Shown here: in pieces, positions 16,129 to 20,000 of the stretch | How positions within the stretch are numbered: position 1 is the first letter of the stretch | How the letters are laid out: each line of letters starts with the position of its first letter | Source: an uncultured virus (IMG/VR IMGVR_UViG_3300027373_000191) | Lineage: Duplodnaviria > Heunggongvirae > Uroviricota > Caudoviricetes | Strand: one strand, 5' to 3' | Virus record (IMG/VR): IMGVR_UViG_3300027373_000191 | Length of the DNA stretch: 20,000 nucleotides | Made by a program: the position numbers and the translations under genes | Notes under the pieces: generated by a model | The model's input: the letters and a program-made list of their open reading frames with translations, nothing else | Told to the model about the DNA's origin: nothing | The model's database searches: none

Positions 16129-17802
16129 ATGGAACAAGAACTTAAAGAAATATTGAAAGATTTGGAAATTCAGATAATATCTTTTATGATAAGGGAAGAA
16201 AAATATGTAAAATATCTTTTTACAAAGAAAACTAGAAACCAAATATTAAGAGATTTTAATAATAATAATACTAAATATGTAGCAGAATTAATTCTTACTT
16301 ATTATGAAAAACATAATTCTGTATTAATTGAATCTGAATTCATGTCTATTATAGATAATTCTGTAAATAATAAAGAAATAACTAATGGTGAATCTTTTAA
16401 TTATCAAGATATATATAGGACGGCTATGTCTTATAAAAAGACTCTTGATAATGAGCAATTCAATAGAATTTATTCTGAATGGGAAAACACAGAAGCCAGA
16501 CCTAAGTGCGAAAATGGGTTGAAAGATTGTCTAGAACTATTAAATACTAATCAGACAATGAAATTCATCGACGCTGTAAGAGAAATGTTTAGGGGAGTCT
16601 ATAAGGATAAAAGTAATGATGATTATATAAATACATTAGATTTTGAAAATGATAAAGAAAAACAAATAAAAGACATTATAGATAGAAGAGATAATGAAGA
16701 AAAATACGCTTCTATTAAAACTGGATATGGAGAGGAGTTAGATAGAAAATTTATTGGATTTGAAAAAGGGACACTATCTCTTATTGGTGGTTTATCTTCT
16801 TCAGGTAAGTCAACATTAGCTATGAACTTTGCTTATAATATAGCTAAGAGCGGGAAAAAGGTATTGATAATAAGTCTTGAAATGCCTGAATTGCAATATG
16901 CTAGAAAACTTAATTCAAGAGAATCTCATGTTGAATATGATAAATTGCTTAAACCAGCAATGTTAAATGATGATGAATTAGAAAAAATAAAAAAAGTAAT
17001 CAATGAAAGAAATATAAATTTAAAAGTATTAGATATCGCTGCTAATTGTTTTACTTGGGGAGAAATAACTTCTATTATTGAAGAGAGAATGCCTGAATAT
17101 GAGCCAGATATAATTTTTATCGATTATTTATCCCTTATTAGTCTTGGTGGAAATACTAAAGAAAGAAGAGATGTACTTTTAGGTAATTTGGGTAAAGAAA
17201 TTAGATCTTATGCAAGACAGAAGAAAATACCGATAGTGGCTGTTGTTCAAGCAAATAGATCATCTAAGGTAAAAGATAAGAGAACTGGTAAATCTAAAAT
17301 TAGTATTGAATTAGAAAATATTGAAGATTCAAATAAATTAGGTCAGGATTGTGATAATTTTATAGCAGTTATTCCAGAAAAAACAGAGGGTAGTCATATA
17401 ACTAAAATGGGGATATATATAGCTAAACAACGTGAAGGAGAAAGAGATATTACTATAACTCTTCAAGGAGAACTCAGATATTCTTGGATTTATGATAATA
17501 AAAGTCTTTCTGATGAGATGTGGGTTGATGATATAAAAGATCCCTTGTTTGAAAAGGGAGAAGAAAAAAGCATATTCGACGATATAAATGACTTCGATGA
17601 GGAAATAAAAAATGCAGGATTAAAAGATTGTGATGAGGGGGAAGATAATATCGACGAAGAAAACACAAAAAATGATTTAGATGATCTTCTTGGTATATCA
17701 AGGAATGAGGTTAAAGAAAAAAAAGATGAAAAAAAAGAAAATATTAATGGTTTCAATATATATAATAGTAATTTAGATTTAGATTTAGATTTAGGGCTTT
17801 AA
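16129..17802 (+). CDS. dnaB: DnaB-like replicative helicase with acidic C-terminal tail
   Basis: GGLSSSGKST (H1), ISLEM (H1a), IFIDYL (H2), VQANR (H3), DSNKLGQDCD...IAKQREG (H4). Confidence 0.93.
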   Translation: MEQELKEILKDLEIQIISFMIREEKYVKYLFTKKTRNQILRDFNNNNTKYVAELILTYYEKHNSVLIESEFMSIIDNSVNNKEITNGESFNYQDIYRTAMSYKKTLDNEQFNRIYSEWENTEARPKCENGLKDCLELLNTNQTMKFIDAVREMFRGVYKDKSNDDYINTLDFENDKEKQIKDIIDRRDNEEKYASIKTGYGEELDRKFIGFEKGTLSLIGGLSSSGKSTLAMNFAYNIAKSGKKVLIISLEMPELQYARKLNSRESHVEYDKLLKPAMLNDDELEKIKKVINERNINLKVLDIAANCFTWGEITSIIEERMPEYEPDIIFIDYLSLISLGGNTKERRDVLLGNLGKEIRSYARQKKIPIVAVVQANRSSKVKDKRTGKSKISIELENIEDSNKLGQDCDNFIAVIPEKTEGSHITKMGIYIAKQREGERDITITLQGELRYSWIYDNKSLSDEMWVDDIKDPLFEKGEEKSIFDDINDFDEEIKNAGLKDCDEGEDNIDEENTKNDLDDLLGISRNEVKEKKDEKKENINGFNIYNSNLDLDLDLGL

Positions 17803-18947
17803 TGATGAGTTTAACTGATAATTCTGTATTTAAAATAATATGCGATAAAGTTTCATTAGTAAATGAATTTGAAAAGAAGGGGATTAATCTTATTCCCGCT
17901 GGTTCATCGAGATATAAATGTATGTGCCCTTTTCATGGAGAAAAAGACGCATCAATGTTTGTATTTTTAGATGGAGATAGACCACATTATTTTTGCTTTT
18001 CATGCAAAAGTTCAGGCGATGTTATAGAATTTGTTAAAGAGTTTGGTAAAAAAACAGATATAAATTTTGGGATGAAAGATGCTCTAGATTATTTTGCTAA
18101 AAACTATGGAATAGGCGAAATAGGAAAGATAGATATAAGAAAATTAATAGATTATATCGATGGTAGAAAAAAATCAGAGAGAACTATTTTGCCTAATTTT
18201 GTAGCATCATCTTTGTTTATAAGAGATTTTCTAGAAAATTCAACAAATCCTCATAGAGATTTATTTCAATTAAAAAATATGTTAAAAAATTTTGAAGATA
18301 TAGTTTTTGATAAAAAAAAGGAAGAATTTGAGGAATACAAAAATACTATAAAAAACATAATATCTAATTTTGATATGGTTAAACCAGAATATAATTTAGA
18401 AAGATTTTGTATTTCTTGTGAAAATTGCAGTCTTAGAAAATCATGCAGACAACCAATTTTTGGTATTGGTAATATAGAATCTAAAATTTTCTTGATAGAA
18501 TCAGGACCAAATATAGATGATGATAGGAAAAATAGAATATATTCGGATAATTTTGGTAAAGATACAATTTCTTTTTTATCAGAAAATGATATATTTCTTA
18601 ATGATTTTTGGCTAACATATACCCATAATTGTCATAGCGAGAATAGTGAAGAACAATATAGTCAAATGCCTATTTGTATTGATAACAATTTGAAAAAACA
18701 AATATTAAAAGGAAGACCAGATACAATTGTTGTTATGGGAGATGTTACAAAGGATGGGATGTTCCCCAAATTTAAAAAAAAGAGAATAAAAGAAATAGTA
18801 GGTAAATGTATAAATATTGATATATATGGCAAGAATACAAAAATAATATTTAATTATGGAAGAGATTATATGACTAGGAAAGGAGATATAGATATTAAAG
18901 AATTGAATATATTCAACAGAACATTGATATCTGCTTTTAAAAGATGA
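17802..18947 (+). CDS. Primase-type CHC2 zinc finger fused to a degenerate family-4 uracil-DNA-glycosylase-like domain
   Basis: N-terminal CPFHGEKDASM...YFCFSCKSSGDVIEFV (DnaG zinc-binding domain). C-terminal CENCSLRKSCRQPIFGIGN..SKIFLI...TYTHNC...C...QI...RPDTIVVMG follows the UDG family 4 layout. No TOPRIM motifs recognised. Confidence 0.8.
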   Translation: MMSLTDNSVFKIICDKVSLVNEFEKKGINLIPAGSSRYKCMCPFHGEKDASMFVFLDGDRPHYFCFSCKSSGDVIEFVKEFGKKTDINFGMKDALDYFAKNYGIGEIGKIDIRKLIDYIDGRKKSERTILPNFVASSLFIRDFLENSTNPHRDLFQLKNMLKNFEDIVFDKKKEEFEEYKNTIKNIISNFDMVKPEYNLERFCISCENCSLRKSCRQPIFGIGNIESKIFLIESGPNIDDDRKNRIYSDNFGKDTISFLSENDIFLNDFWLTYTHNCHSENSEEQYSQMPICIDNNLKKQILKGRPDTIVVMGDVTKDGMFPKFKKKRIKEIVGKCINIDIYGKNTKIIFNYGRDYMTRKGDIDIKELNIFNRTLISAFKR

Positions 18948-20000
18948 TAATAGAAAAAACAATAGAAGAGATTTCTAAGATGGTTGATTTAAAACCAGAA
19001 GAAATCATGGAATTTATTGATGATTGGGCGATTCCCCTAATGACTAAGGGAATAATTGTTAAGTTAAATATAAAAAGATGGAGAGGAAGATCAAAAATAG
19101 GGCCAGAAGAATTGGGGATAGAAAAGGATAATGAAGAGTGGGAAGTATTTTCTGATGAATATATAAATTATGGAAGTAAGGTTCTTCTGCCTAAAAGAAT
19201 TATTAGAAGGATGAATAATATAGAAAATTTAGCAAGAAGAAATATAAAAGAATATAGTTTTGATACTGTATGGGGACCCTTTATCCCATGTTCTGTTTTT
19301 GATGAATGGAAAATAAAAAATGAAGAAATAAGACTTAGATATTATGCTGAAGCAGAATCCATTTATGATGAATATGACGAAATAATAAAAGAAGTTATTG
19401 ATAGTTATAAAAAATTTGCCCAAGAGACATATAGAAAACTTAAAATAAATATTGATTATGAGGAATATGAGAAAGATTTTATTTTGAATATTGAAAGAGA
19501 AATATTGTCAAAAGAAAACTTTTGGGATACAATAGAATATACTAGCTTATATTATTATATTCCGTTACCTTCTCAAATAAAAGAGGAAATATATGATGCA
19601 GAACAAATTGAAAAAAAAATAGAAGAAAGTGAATCAGAGAAAAAAATGAGAGATATAGTAAGACAAGAAGCTACCCGAAAAAAAACTGAATATATAGATC
19701 ATTTTTTAGATGCAACTGTTGGTAAAATAAGAGAGATGATTTTAGAAATAATAGGAGACGTAAAGGTTGGGGTTAATATAGAGAGAAATGAATTTTCTGC
19801 CGATAAGAACAGGAAGAAATTACTTGGGATGATAGAAAAAATAAGAATATTAGATTTTTATAATGATTCAGAAATTAGAGATTCTCTTGATAAATTACAA
19901 CTTGATTTAGAGAAAGAAAAAAATTATAGATCTAATGAAGAAATATACAATAGTCTTGAAGAATTGGAAAATGTTGCTAAAAGTGGAATAATTAAACTTA
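18944..20000 (+). CDS. DUF3150-like protein; 3' end lies beyond the window edge
   Basis: Not in the ORF track. ATG overlaps the upstream TGA (ATGA). Translation MIIEKTIEEISKMVDL...GIIVKLNIKRWRGRSKIGPEELGI...YGSKVLLPK...IENLARRNIKEYSFDTVWGPFIP resembles the DUF3150 pattern (L.I..W.G..K....LG...G.K.L.P...AR......G.F.P). Confidence 0.6.
   Translation, partial: MIIEKTIEEISKMVDLKPEEIMEFIDDWAIPLMTKGIIVKLNIKRWRGRSKIGPEELGIEKDNEEWEVFSDEYINYGSKVLLPKRIIRRMNNIENLARRNIKEYSFDTVWGPFIPCSVFDEWKIKNEEIRLRYYAEAESIYDEYDEIIKEVIDSYKKFAQETYRKLKINIDYEEYEKDFILNIEREILSKENFWDTIEYTSLYYYIPLPSQIKEEIYDAEQIEKKIEESESEKKMRDIVRQEATRKKTEYIDHFLDATVGKIREMILEIIGDVKVGVNIERNEFSADKNRKKLLGMIEKIRILDFYNDSEIRDSLDKLQLDLEKEKNYRSNEEIYNSLEELENVAKSGIIKL

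Noticed and set aside
17771..17795. GATTTA hexamer tandem repeat
   Set aside because: It simply encodes the LDLDLDL end of DnaB; no evidence for an independent DNA element.
17802..18947. Annotation as a complete DnaG primase
   Set aside because: Only the zinc-binding domain is present. No TOPRIM EG..D/DxD motifs were recognised, and the C-terminal half is UDG-like.
14285..19423. Minus-strand ORFs at 14285, 14840, 17474, 17490, 18705 and 19229
   Set aside because: Antisense to strongly supported plus-strand genes.
1..20000. Stop-codon reassignment as in some large phages
   Set aside because: Standard code 11 gives long, tightly abutting ORFs, and TAA, TAG and TGA all terminate genes at plausible ends.

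Overview
Very AT-rich, densely coding window that looks like the DNA replication and nucleotide-metabolism region of a large (jumbo-type) bacteriophage or similar large element. It has AGGAG-type RBSs, standard stop codons and no structural genes. Two divergent gene arrays flank a ~600-bp non-coding island at ~12060-12670. Leftward (minus strand): small Zn-ribbon protein (missed by the ORF track), intein-containing SF2 (UvsW/XPB-like) helicase, degenerate LAGLIDADG-like protein, DnaJ, Myb/HTH-metallophosphoesterase with a LAGLIDADG intein, Cys-less FmdB-like protein, degenerate Dam-like methyltransferase, YkgJ-type Cys-cluster protein, a small unknown ORF, and a class II ribonucleotide reductase that runs off the left edge. 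Rightward (plus strand): unknown protein, Ycf46-like AAA ATPase, DnaC-like loader, DnaB helicase, an unusual fusion of a primase CHC2 zinc finger to a degenerate family-4 uracil-DNA-glycosylase domain (no TOPRIM), and a DUF3150-like ORF that runs off the right edge. The central island is the best origin-of-replication candidate: ~33-bp-phased repeats, a perfect palindrome, G-tracts and GNA-rich hairpins reminiscent of primosome assembly/ssi sites. All family calls come from motif recognition by eye; no searches were run.
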